NCBI GenBank assembly: GCA_030264375.1
Contig: JASCQW010000072.1
Span: 44,619,265 to 44,683,264, forward strand
DNA: 64,000 bases
Source: Carcharhinus longimanus
Lineage: Eukaryota
Direction: 5' to 3'
This document shows positions 26,336 to 38,076 of the stretch, one piece after another. The position numbers were made by a program, and so were the translations under genes. Numbering within the stretch: the first letter of the stretch is position 1; each line of letters begins with the position of its first letter. The notes beneath the pieces were generated by a model. It did not search any database and had not been told where the DNA came from. It worked only from the letters and a program-made list of their open reading frames with translations.

Positions 26336-27353
26336 CTTTTAAATCAGTCAAACCAAGTTGGGAAGACCATTGCAAAAAAAATACAGAACACTATTTAGTG
26401 GGGAGGCCACCACTCATCTTTATAAAATGGGTTAATTCGATCTATTATGATCGCCTTCGAATATATCATTTTCTAAACAGTTTCACTCACTTACCCCATT
26501 GCCGTGCCGATTTGTATTTTTTTTTGCCTTCGGCTGTTAAATCTATGTACTGTTTTCCTTCTCTTCGGTAATTCTACTAGAAGCACAAAGCAAGTTGTTT
26601 AGATTTGCAATATTGATTACAACGTACAGGTGACTCGAAAACTAGTCATCGCTGCCCATAAATCGTACACTTACTAAATTACTCTACAGATCTATAGTTT
26701 GCAGTGCAGTGTGATAAATAATGAGGGGTATCTATATGCAAGTGTGCGGAATAACATATATGCTTCAAATTCGAGAAAGGGGATCGCCAATGTATATGTG
26801 CTACACATAGCGAACAGGTATATAATGATAAAATATTGCATGGGTTAACAGAATGATTTAATTTAAAACCTCAACTCTCAAAATCACATTCTCAACAACA
26901 TGCAAAATCTTCCAATGTCTGGAGAATTACAAGAATTTATTTCATCATCAAAACATACAGCAGGGTCAGGTCGCGACGATTTCTCTTCCTGATAATGGAT
27001 GAACATTTCTTTAAAACACAGAAATAAAGGAGCCGGGGGAGTGGGTGCTGGGTTTTTTTTACACAGCTTTAGCGAGAGGAAGAGACAGCGCGTGGAATCA
27101 AGGCAATGACCCCAAAGAGCCCACAAGTCTCCCATTGCCAGGGTGGCCACTGAGTTTAGTGTCATCTGTAATTAGGTGAGAAATGAACAAATCCGAAGGG
27201 TCGAAATCCATGCAGCAGGGGAACGAAATAGATCCAAATAAATACATTATGCTTTTTTTCTACATCGCTTCGAGCCTGAGATGAAGCGAGTTCTTTTCCC
27301 AAACTGTATCAGATAAAAGGCCTTTGAGTCGCATCAATCTCCATGTCCGAATC

Positions 27354-27359
27354 TTTATT
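27354..27359 (-). terminator. Polyadenylation signal of FEZF1
   Basis: AATAAA on the minus strand about 105 nt after the stop codon. Confidence 0.6.
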
Positions 27360-27462
27360 CATTTTTGTATATATAATAGAAATCTGCATGCAAACTGTAC
27401 TTAGCGTTTAGATATGTATATATATATATCGATGTTGGCGTACGTCCGCCGGTCTCTCGGGA

Positions 27463-27728
27463 TTATTTCCGAGGCTGTTCCTCCATGGACATGTCTGCCG
27501 CTGAGGAGCGGGATCCCGGGCAGTTGTCGTGTAACTTCCTGACGTGTTTTTTCAGATCAAAGTTCCGGCAGAAGCCCTTGCCACAAGCGGAGCAGGTGAA
27601 GGGCTTCTTGTCGTTATGTGTGTGCATGTGGAAGGTCAGGTTATAAATCTGGTGAAAAGCCTTGTTGCAGATGCTGCACTTAAACTGTTTCTCCCCGCTG
27701 TGAGTTAGTTTGTGATTCTTGTAGTTAC
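27463..27728 (-). CDS. FEZF1: FEZ family zinc finger 1, coding exon 4 (last)
   Basis: ttttcag|GT AAC TAC; (G)[67 protein letters not shown]...PRK*. Confidence 0.97.
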
Positions 27729-28030
27729 CTGAAAATGATGCAAGACGAGGAGTTAAAGAGAACAGGCAAAGCAAAAAAAAATAACTCCCGTGAGTTAACA
27801 ACGATTGACTTTGGCTGTATTCTGGACCGTGTGAGGATGAATGAATGCTTCGCGAAACAGTGTCAGCATCTTCTTCCAAACTAGAAATATTTCCCAATAA
27901 ATTATTCCTAAAAGAAGTCGCTTTGGGATAGGCGAATTAACTTTTGTGGACTCATGCATGTCATTTCAAATCATTCGATAGGAAACCTATGTAGATATTA
28001 AACAAAGATGAATTCGTTCCGCTTACATTA

Positions 28031-28264
<234 letters not shown>

Positions 28265-29070
28265 CTAAGCAACACGTTTACACGAAGCTTTCCATTTCCC
28301 GAGCAGTGATTCTGTTTAATCTGAGCTAAACTCGCTTTTAATATTATATATATATATATATATCACAAGTCAGCTGAAAGTAGGACCCTCTTCCCCCTCC
28401 CCCAGTCCAGAGAACCCTCACTAAACAGTATATATCTCCCACTCCAGAAATAATGGTCCGTAATCATTTCCCACAACACACGGAGAGAATAGCCAGTGAG
28501 TGGGAGCTGAATCCCCTCAACCCATTACCCTGCACACAAAGAGTGGGAGTTGGGTGAGGGGTGGGAGGTGGGAGGAAGACTTTCCAGGAACACAGAGAGG
28601 GGGGAAAGACAGCACATGGAGAGAGAAGACATTGAGAGGTTTACAATTAGTAAGGACAGCCTGCCCCCCCTCTACTCACGTTCAGTCTACCCCCCCAATC
28701 CTCTGCCCACCCCCCCACCGCCCCACCCCCACCCTCTCTCGTCCATGTACCGTCTCCCTTTCTTTGTTTCCCTGAGGATTATCCCCTCTGTCCACATCTC
28801 CGTTTCTACAAGTTAACCATTGTACAATTCATGGACACACAGACCTTTTTCATGTTCAGAATGTCGTGTCCCTCCCCACCCCCCGTTTCCATTATAAACT
28901 TCGTCTCCCCAGTGTGAAGCAGCAGGTTCCACTTCATTCGCCATATTTTTCTTACACCGGGTTCTTGAACTCTTTCCCCGACCCTCAGGGCTCTCAAGGC
29001 CAGACTTCACCAGAACTTTGGCTCCAAGGGGCTGCAAGCAGTTTTGGACTTACTCTCGGCTGTGGCCTTA

Positions 29071-29271
<201 letters not shown>

Positions 29272-29413
29272 CTAAAAACACAAAATGAGAGAGAGAAGGG
29301 GGTTGGGGGGGGGGAACGAGAGGAATTAGATTCTCATGAATTGACACACTGAAAACTCCTCAAATGTCTAGATGAGAATAGAAGGGAGAGCAGCAATTGG
29401 AATAGAAACTTGC

Positions 29414-30214
29414 CTTTCCACAAACTTCACAGGTGAACACTTTGGGCTTGCTGCTGGGCGAGTTGCTGTTGAGTTTGCAGGATTGTTTCAGGACCAGTTT
29501 CTCCGAGAGGAACTGCGCGCTCTCTTTCACATAGTGCTGAATCTGAGCCGGGGACAGCTCCTTGAAAGGCGCCGGGTACCTGTCGGCGGAGGGCTGCAGC
29601 AACACCTTGTTCCTGTCGGCGAGGTAGGCTTTCTGCTGGAGGGCCAGCGGGGAGCCCAGCAGGTAGGAGGCCATCGGGTGCACGTTGAAGATGGTGGCCG
29701 GCGGAGGGCACGGGCCGTCGCCGCAGTTGAGGTAGCACAGGGCCCCCATGGCATGGAAGGAGGACTGGTTAACCACCCGCGGCCGGATCAGCCGGTACTG
29801 CTCCAGCGGCGGCGACAGGTTCGACGCGTCCACTTTGGCTGCCGGCACGCCGCAGTTCACCAAGTGGGTGCAGTCGTAGGAAGTCTCCAAGTGGCTTTTG
29901 CGGAGCTCTGTGCCAGCCAGTGCAACTTTGGAGCTGCTCTCGTAACCCAGGGGCAGCAGTGGGATCATACAGGGCACAGAAGAGTTCAGGTGGAACACGT
30001 GTTTGGGCTCGCCCTTGCTCACCGATCCTTGCAGCAGGTTTGGGTAAGGGGCACACTTTGGTTCTGGAGTCCTGGCCATTATTCGCTCAATGGAGAAAGC
30101 CAAGGGTTTAGAAGTGCTGACCATACCGTCCCCAATATGCCGACTCTCTCTCCCAGTAGAAGTGGCTCCAAGGATCTTATCTGCGCGGTAGCGATGAGAG
30201 TAAGTGTTGTCCAT
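29414..30214 (-). CDS. FEZF1: FEZF1 coding exon 1 (267 codons) with Eh1 repressor motif
   Basis: STSKPLAFSIERIMARTPEPK, HLNSSVPCMIP, RPRVVNQSSFHAMGALCYLN, QHYVKESAQFLSEK and KPKVFTCEVCGK follow FEZF1 rather than FEZF2. Total CDS 801+135+133+266=1335 nt. Confidence 0.96.
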
Positions 30215-30575
30215 ATCTGTTTGTATGCTAAAGATCTACTTGCTCTTTTTGTGGTGTGTGTGTGTGTGTGTGACGCCCCTTTTCTCCGTGTTGCAGATTT
30301 GGACGGAAATAGACACAACATTAGCACACTGCAGCCTGTGTGACACTCAGCGACCAATCCTACCAAGCAGTGCCCATTACAAGGTGTTGTGCCAATAACG
30401 CTCCATACATCTCGCTCATGTTCCCATCTGGAGATGAGCTGATAAAGTCACTAATTCACTTGCAGCAGTCCGCAATCAAAGTTTTTATTTGTGTCTTTTT
30501 CTTCAGTGGGCTGGCGTTCCGCTTTACTCGTCACTGGCGAACAAACTCTCGCCCGCCCAGGAACAGAGACCCCGN
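30215..30575 (-). promoter_or_regulatory. FEZF1 5' UTR / proximal promoter
   Basis: Unique sequence directly upstream of the ATG with CCAAT motifs, TAAT cores, a CTTTGAT (TCF/LEF-type) motif near 30475-30481 and a (CA)n tract at about 30255-30272. TSS not determinable. Confidence 0.55.
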
Positions 30576-30687
30576 NNNNNNNNNNNNNNNNNNNNNNNNN
30601 NNNNNNNNNNNNNNNNNNNNNNNNNNNNNNNNNNNNNNNNNNNNNNNNNNNNNNNNNNNNNNNNNNNNNNNNNNNNNNNNNNNNNNA

Positions 30688-30945
30688 CTGTCTCTCACAC
30701 ACACACACATTCACTCGCACACAAACACATACAAACACACAAACACTCACTGTCACGCATTTACTCACTCACACATATACACAAACACTCACGCACATAC
30801 AAACACAAAGACACACTACACACACACAAACACAGTCACGCAAATAAACACAAAACACACGCACACACTTCCACATCCACACTCACACACACACACGCCC
30901 CACACACACACACTCGCGCACACGCACGCACTTTCACACTCACAG
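30688..30945. repeat. (CA)n-rich low-complexity tract
   Basis: Degenerate cacaca repeats next to an N gap. Confidence 0.9.
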
Positions 30946-31169
30946 GAAATACTAGTTAATAACTTAATTTTCCATTTGGGTCAGAGCACTTTGACACGCC
31001 CTTTTCAGCAGAACATTTGTTAGCAAAAAGGCAGCAGCACAAACACCTGGAAACTAAGTGTCAGGTGAATCATTTCCGAATACAACTTACAATCTCGAAG
31101 TAAAATGTGTTACAACAACGGACATTTTCTTTGGCAATCTTAAACATTTTTAGATTCTGCCAAGCTGCT

Positions 31170-31375
31170 CACCCATTCAGTCGAGAAGAACTTTATTTCC
31201 TGGCTAATATTTACCTTCCAACCAGCATCAATAAATCAGATGGTCTGGTCATTTATCATGGGATCTTACTGTGCGTTGCAGCATTTCCTACCTTACAACA
31301 ATGACAACACCACCAAAAGTGTCTCACTGGCTGTGAAACAACGTGAAGTCGTGAAAGGACTTAAATAAATGAGGT
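31170..31375 (+). mobile_element. Decayed DeuSINE 3' portion
   Basis: tctggtcatttatcatgggatcttactgtgcg...tttcctaccttacaacaatgac...tcactggctgtgaaac...gtcgtgaaagg. Similar at 20890-21130 and 34640-34800. Confidence 0.55.
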
Positions 31376-32134
31376 TTTTTTAATTCACTGAAACGATGGG
31401 AGAAATTTCTGATTAAATTAAGTAAATTGAGTGTGGCCAACCTTAGAGGGGAAACGTAGATCTTCTGATCGCAGGACAGAGTAGGTGGCTTACTGAGACC
31501 AGAGAACCTTGATGACAACCCCAAAGACACCATGTTCTAGTTTAAGGGATTTTGCCTATGGTTTTTGTGAATTATATAGTCTTCGTTCATGAAGAACAAT
31601 TCATTTTATTGGAGACATCAATTTAAACATGCTTAAAATAATCCCGCTACAAACCTATAATCATTGATGGCTTTACCTGGTTTCCAGTTTTTAAAAATAT
31701 AAAATAATAGTTTTGCTCGACATAACACGGTGACTTGGTTTATATTATCGCTAACAAACAGATCCAATATAATATTGCTAATCGATATTCATTGATCCAA
31801 ATACTTTTTTTTTCAATTTAGGAAAAAGACATCGAAGTAAAATCGAAGTAGGGCAAAAAGGAACTATCCAGGCTGTAAACGTGAAAAGAGAACACTTGGT
31901 GGAAAAAGACAGCAGCTGCGTGAACATCTGGGGAGACAAAACTAAGTTAAGGTATGGGGTGGAGATCATTGGGAGAACGGGACTGAGTGTGGAATATAAC
32001 CTTCGATTAGAATTGAAGCCTTGCTGACCAACAGTTTTAACCTTTCAGAAACTGATTGAAAAAAAAGTAAAGGTTGCCCCTCCCCCCTGATAATTTTGTT
32101 ATTTTAGCTGCTTGAGTTCTTCTGGAGTTTGCTG

Positions 32135-32390
32135 TATCCATGATGTGGGTATGCCGGCGTTGGACTGGCGTAAACACAGTAAAAAGTCTGACAACACCAG
32201 GTTTTAGTCCNNNNNNNNNNNNNNNNNNNNNNNNNNNNNNNNNNNNNNNNNNNNNNNNNNNNNNNNNNNNNNNNNNNNNNNNNNNNNNNNNNNNNNNNNN
32301 NNNNNNNNNNCCCGAAAGCTTGTGAGTATATTATCAAATAAATAGGTTGGACTAAAACCTGGTGTTGTCAGACTTTTTACTGTGTTTGCT
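32135..32390. mobile_element. Inverted pair of Penelope terminal repeats around a gap
   Basis: acacagtaaaaagtctgacaacaccaggttttagtcc is the reverse complement of ggactaaaacctggtgttgtcagactttttactgtgt. The 3' half of a hammerhead (ccgaaagcttgtga) follows the gap. Confidence 0.75.
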
Positions 32391-33929
32391 GTATCTCCAG
32401 CGATTGCGACTGTTTCTCAATGGAGGTGTTCAAACACTTCTATTTGTACATTTTTCTACTTCCTTGTTTTAATCGCCAATGCAAGGATGGGACAAAAGGC
32501 TCTAAAAATGCTCTCATCTCGGTCCAAAGATCAGCCATGTGACCACGTAGGGAGCTAAGGTAGGCGATGCTTGCACAGAATTTCACAGAGATCTCTTACA
32601 GAGGGAGGCGGAGTGTGGCAACTCAGCGGCTGTGTCCGGAGTTAAATGTATTCCTGGTCAACTCAAGGCCTTTGAACAGCACTCAGAATCAACCTTTGGC
32701 TTGGGAACTTGGATTGCATTGGTTTTCTAGCCAAGCAAAGTGGAGGTTGTTAAAGTTTAAAGTTTGTTTATCAGTGTCATAAGTAGGCTTACATTAACAC
32801 TGCAATGTAATTACTGTGAAAATCCCTTAATCGCCACACTCCGGCGCCTGTTCGGGTACACAGAGAAAATTTAGCATAGCCAATGCACCAACCATGGACG
32901 GGTGTTTGAAAGATGGGCTCAGAGTCCTTACCAGTGTTCAAATGCCGGTGGCCGTTTAAGATTAGTCAAGAGTCTATGCAATAGGCTGTGGACATTTAAA
33001 AACAAACGTACAAAAAATAAGTTTAAAGTGGAGAGTCAGTTGTAGTAGTTTAACAACACGTTTCAGTTGTTGTAGTTTGAGTGGCAGGTGCATTCATATT
33101 GCATTTAGCCTAGGTCCCAAGGTTTTGCCCATTCCAACCAAGCCAGTGTCCAGGCACTTATCTGACGCCGGACAAAACGAATGAAGCTTTTCGCAGCAAG
33201 GGGTTCGTTTGGGAGATCAATCTACTGGATATCCCACGTGTTTTACACAATGCACAGGAATAGCTTAGCTGTTGAGGGAGCTTGTTTTCCAACCTACCTG
33301 ACAATAATTGAAACGTTCTTCTCTGGAGTCTCTCTCAATATTTGCATGTCTAACAATGCTGGCAAAGAGCACTGCAAATGTAGAAATCCAGAACTATATG
33401 GAGATCTCCCTCCCGGACACGGTGGAGTCGCAGTCAGCCAATGCTAACAAGAGTGAAACCCGTCCATTGTAACTACTAGGTCTCGCACCATTGACCGCAG
33501 TGTGAATGGATCACAGTCAAGGCCTCAATTCAGTCTGAATAGCTTCACACTGGAATGGCCAAGGTCACAGCCAATGGGGAACGACTTTGACGTTGCACGG
33601 ACAACAAACGGTAGTGTCATTGCAATTGTGAAATCACCTGCTTTAAGAGTCAGTTACACTTTGCTCCAATGGCGAACTGTTTGCACATGGTCTGGGCACA
33701 TTGTAACGTTTGTGATCTAATTGTGGATCACCCGGTAGGTGAGGAGTGTGAGCTTGCTTTTGTGCTGTAACTGAAACCACTCAGATTTCGCATTGGCTGG
33801 TCAAAGTAGACCCAGTAACTTTGAGAAATGTGTTGGGCCCGCTAGGAAACGTATAAACCTGCGTGTGATTCTTCTTTGTACTTATAGAGTCAATGGTCCA
33901 TTGATTTGGCTGTTAATGCTCTAATGATA

Positions 33930-35395
33930 AAAGCAAATTACTGCGGAGGCTGGAATCTCTTCATAGGGTATGTAGAACATTTCTTGTTGCACTCCTACTG
34001 CGGCCCCCTCCCACAACTCTCTTACCAGTACATCAACGGCTATTTTGGTGCTCCTATTATGACCTGGCCAAAAGTATGAATTTCACATCCAATTTCCACC
34101 CCTTTATCACCTCCACTTGGTCCATCTCTAACACTTTCCTCCCTTGACCACTTCGTTTCACTTCTGGTGATAGACTGTCCACTGGTATCTATTGTAAGCC
34201 CACCTATTCTCAAAGCTACACTGACTACAGCTCTNNNNNNNNNNCCCCCCCCCAACCTTAGCCATGATCACCACCATTTACATTTCCTTTGTCTTTTTGT
34301 CCATGACATCTTTGTCAATCTCCCCCATCTCCACCTATTACTGGCTTTCCATCTAGTTCCCACAGCTTCCCAACCTCCACACTGCAACAGCATAAATCTC
34401 ATCCTATTTTTTATTGTCTTCAGCTCTGATGAAGAATCATCCAGACACGAAACGTTAGCTCGGTTCTTTCTCCAAAGATGCTGTCAAACCTGCTGAGATT
34501 TTCCAGCATTTTCTGTTTTATGTTATAACGATGACAGGGCTGTATTTTGCTGCGGCCAGTCGTGTATATATTTTCTTCTGGTGGTCTTGGGCTCTTCAAA
34601 GATCATAACTGCTTCAAAGGTGCTCCTCAACTAAAGTGTGGATCTAAAACTTACTCTATTTCTGATTGATGTAGTGCAGAATTGGATTAAAATCCAACAG
34701 TGCGCGCACCTCCATTCCAGCAGTGCCTACACTGTACTAAGTAGTTCATTGTCTGTAAAGCGCCTTGGGGTGTCTGGAGATTGTGAAAGATACGAATCTC
34801 CCTTTTCCCAGAAAGCTCTGGTTGTAGCCTTCATTGGGCTAGGCATTACTATACATCTACAGTCTTTGAACACTTCCCCTGATATATAAACAAACTGATT
34901 TTCAAATAAATAGGTTGGACTAAAACCTGGTGTTGTCAGACTTTTTACTATATAAACAAACACCATCAATCCTATAATAAAACCAAAAATGCTGGAAACA
35001 CTTAGCAGCATTTGTGGAGAGAGAAACAGGTTAACGTTTTGAGTCTGTGTTACTTTTTCAGAGCTGAAGAGAGGGAGAAAATTATGGATTTTATACCTTC
35101 TACTGGACTAGGTGGGGCTATGTAGGTTAGGGATAGGTGGGAGCTAGGAGAGGTGTGACAAAGATGTCATGCCAAAATAAAGAAAATGTTAATAGTAGTG
35201 TTAAACACTAAAGAAGGTTCTGATTGTGGGATCAAGTTGGTCGAGCGAGTTCACAGCCTGAAGTTTTTGAACTCAATGTCAAGTCCAGAAAGAGCAGCTT
35301 GTGATTCCAAATAAACCTGTTGGACTTTAACTTGACATTGCGAGACCTCTTACAGTATCCACCTCAGTCCAACGCTGGTATCTCATATCAAGTCC
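33930..35395. mobile_element. Cluster of Penelope-like fragments
   Basis: Decayed RT-like segment 33960-34230, a 3' repeat with hammerhead core ctgatga...gaaacgtt at 34426-34456, and an inverted copy at 34985-35290. Confidence 0.65.
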
Positions 35396-35479
35396 AGAAG
35401 GCCGTAAGCTGTCATAAATCTTAGACACTCACGGAGCAAAGTGAAATATTCAAACTCTAACGTTTATTCGATTTTCAAA

Positions 35480-35830
35480 ATCTCCGATATCAAATCCATC
35501 GGGGCAAAAAGTCCGGAAAACGCAACTCAGTGAAATGCAGCAAGTCGCCCTAGTGTAATATGAGGACTTAGTGTCGTGAAGGGTGGCGTTAGGGCCCCGC
35601 GGAAGCCCCCAGCCCGCAGTCGGCGGAAGGACTTGGCCAGACAGCGGGAGAGTCGCCGGGACTCCGGCGGGACGGGATATTTGTGCGGGTTTAGTGCAGG
35701 CAATCGTCCCTCTGATCTGACAGCCTGAGACTCCCCTCCCCGCCGAGCCGCAGCCCGGAGAGGTGGATTGTACATGCAAGCCCAACCCAGTAAGTAGAGA
35801 CAGCAAAAGGAGCTTTACCTCGGGGTGATC
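35480..35830. promoter_or_regulatory. Small CpG island 5 kb upstream of FEZF1
   Basis: High GC and many CpGs in unique sequence; no convincing ORF. Confidence 0.5.
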
Positions 35831-36044
35831 TGGCATAAAATATTAGCTCAATAAGTATTCAAATCTACGTTGATTCTTCTCCTCAGCTGTATTTTGTCCT
35901 GGTACCTCTGAGTGGGAGAAAGCCGCTGCTCTTATTATTGCTGATAGACAATGCACTAAGTTTAGCAGTCAGACCTGTGGACATGTTGCATTCTGCACAG
36001 TGGTTCTGGGGCACATTTGTCCGGTGCTCCCACATCCTACGTCT

Positions 36045-36226
36045 CTCCTCTCTGTTTCACCTTCCCTCCCTCTTCCCCACTTTTATCCCCCTCTTCCCGC
36101 TGCCTCTCTTGCCCCCTCTCCTTCTCCACACCTCCTCTCCTGCCCCTCCAGCTCCATTCCTTCATCCCATCTCCCCCCTCCTTCTTTCCCCCTTCTCCCC
36201 CCTCCCTCCCCTCCCTTCTCCTCCCT
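36045..36226. repeat. Polypyrimidine (C/T) tract
   Basis: cctctccc-type low complexity running into an N gap. Confidence 0.9.
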
Positions 36227-37630
36227 NNNNNNNNNNNNNNNNNNNNNNNNNNNNNNNNNNNNNNNNNNNNNNNNNNNNNNNNNNNNNNNNNNNNNNNNNN
36301 NNNNNNNNNNNNNNNNNNNNNNNNNNNNNNNNNNNNNNNNNNNNNNNNNNNNNNNNNNNNNNNNNNNNNNNNNNNNNNNNNNNNNNNNNNNNNNNNNNNN
36401 NNNNNNNNNNNNNNNNNNNNNNNNNNNNNNNNNNNNCAGAAAGCAAAGCAGTGGAGCTTGTTTATTCCATTTGTTTTAATTCTATTACAACCTGGCTTAT
36501 AAAACCCCATTTTCATGGCTGGCACAATTTGGGTTTTTTTCCTCAAGAAGAATTATTAGTGGGGATCCACCACTGTGGCATTATTATTTATTGATTTTCA
36601 GAATTCACGAGTTGGTATTTTCTAAAATTAGTTTGCAATTATCACTCAAGCTCTTATCTTCCCCATTGCTTTTTAGGACCATTCTGCCTTAGATGGACGG
36701 GACTGCGAAAGTTTCAATACTGACACCTTTTAAGAAATTTCACTTTCTAAAAAAAAAAGGCGTCCTCTGCACGCAAGTGTCCTCTCCTAATACAAATATC
36801 CACTAAAAACGCAGGAAGCATCAAGCGGTCCGCATTGTTGCTTTATATTTTAGTAATGTAAAATACAAATCCTACATTGCACATATTAAGGGAGAGTAAA
36901 GCCCCGATCCGGGTAAAGATGAGAGGATAAAGTGATGGCTGAATGTTCTTTGATCTGTAGAACCACATTGATAGTAACAGTAAGGTCATTGTGGTTGCAA
37001 TTATTTGCAAAGGACAGTACTTACGGGGAATGTAATATTTCGCGTTATTTTCTTTGCCTGGTCAGCAGGTTTCCGGAGCAGAAGTGTTGTGATTCTGGTC
37101 TGGTCATAGTCTCAGCGGTGTTGTGACAATGGAACAGAGGGAGAGCACAGCAATGGCAGAATGAACAGATGGGCTCTGTTTTAAGACTGTAATTGCAGCC
37201 CTCTGACTATCAAGTTCAACTGCGGCTGCGAAGCTGCGACTTGAGTACACCTGAGCAGTATCAGTTCGGTTTAAACATCTGAACAAAAAAAAACGAGTGG
37301 AGAAAAGATGGTCCCACGGCACACTGACCTCGTTACTCAACTGACCAGCTGTTCTATTGCGGGGACCAAATGTTTTGTTGCCAACAGAAAGACTGTGAAA
37401 TAACGAGAATCGAAATGTGTAATTGCAAATGAAATTAGGTTAAATAACTTTACCGATCACATATCACTGCATCCAAGCGAAACACAAATAAACCAGCAAT
37501 CACCATTTATGGTAAAAGCAAATAAATACTGTAATCGACCAAAAGACTGAAATGGGTTCGAGTGAAAGCAATTTTGATCTTCCTGCCCACCTTCCCCAAT
37601 AGGCGCCGTGAGGATAGCAGAGACAGGGTG

Positions 37631-37640
37631 GGGGAACTCC
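37631..37640 (+). promoter_or_regulatory. NF-kB consensus site
   Basis: GGGGAACTCC fits GGGRNWYYCC. A short motif that may be chance. Confidence 0.3.
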
Positions 37641-37749
37641 AGTCTGGCTCGATTTGACTGAAGTAGGTAGTGATCTTCCCTTAAACCTTTGAAAACCTAG
37701 GAGTGATAGGTTCACCAATACGTTTATAATATTCGTTGATTGAGTATAT

Positions 37750-38005
37750 GTTTCTATAAATTTGTGAGTCTATGTGTGTGCAGATCTATAAAGTTACCTG
37801 TTTGTGTCTATAAAAGTATCTATGTATGTGTCTGTGTGTAAAATGATGTGTGTCTATCTATAAAATAATCTATGTGTGTATTTAAAACATTACCAGTGTC
37901 TATAAATGACGTATGTGTGTATCTATAATTTTATCAGTGTCTATAAAATGATTTACGTGTATATCTATGGCATTATCTGTGTCTATAAAATGATCAATGT
38001 GTATG
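37750..38005. repeat. Degenerate tandem repeat (gtgtctataaaatgat core)
   Basis: About 8-10 imperfect copies. Confidence 0.8.
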
Positions 38006-38059
38006 CATTTAGAATCACAATATTGCATTATTTCTCTACACGCCCTTTGACACAATGGC

Positions 38060-38076
38060 AAAGTCAAAGTGAAAGT
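38060..38076 (+). promoter_or_regulatory. IRF/ISRE-like site
   Basis: AAAGTCAAAGTGAAAGT, three AAAGT units at 6-bp spacing. Confidence 0.3.

Noticed and set aside
1-27000. Exons of the expected neighbour AASS (and of CADPS2 at the right end)
   Set aside because: No recognisable peptide from either gene was seen; they probably lie outside the window.
27729-27897. N-terminal part of the 144-aa zinc-finger ORF
   Set aside because: Intron 3 read-through upstream of the acceptor.
29372-30343. 323-aa plus-strand ORF antisense to FEZF1 exon 1
   Set aside because: Shadow ORF of a GC-rich coding exon with no recognisable domain.
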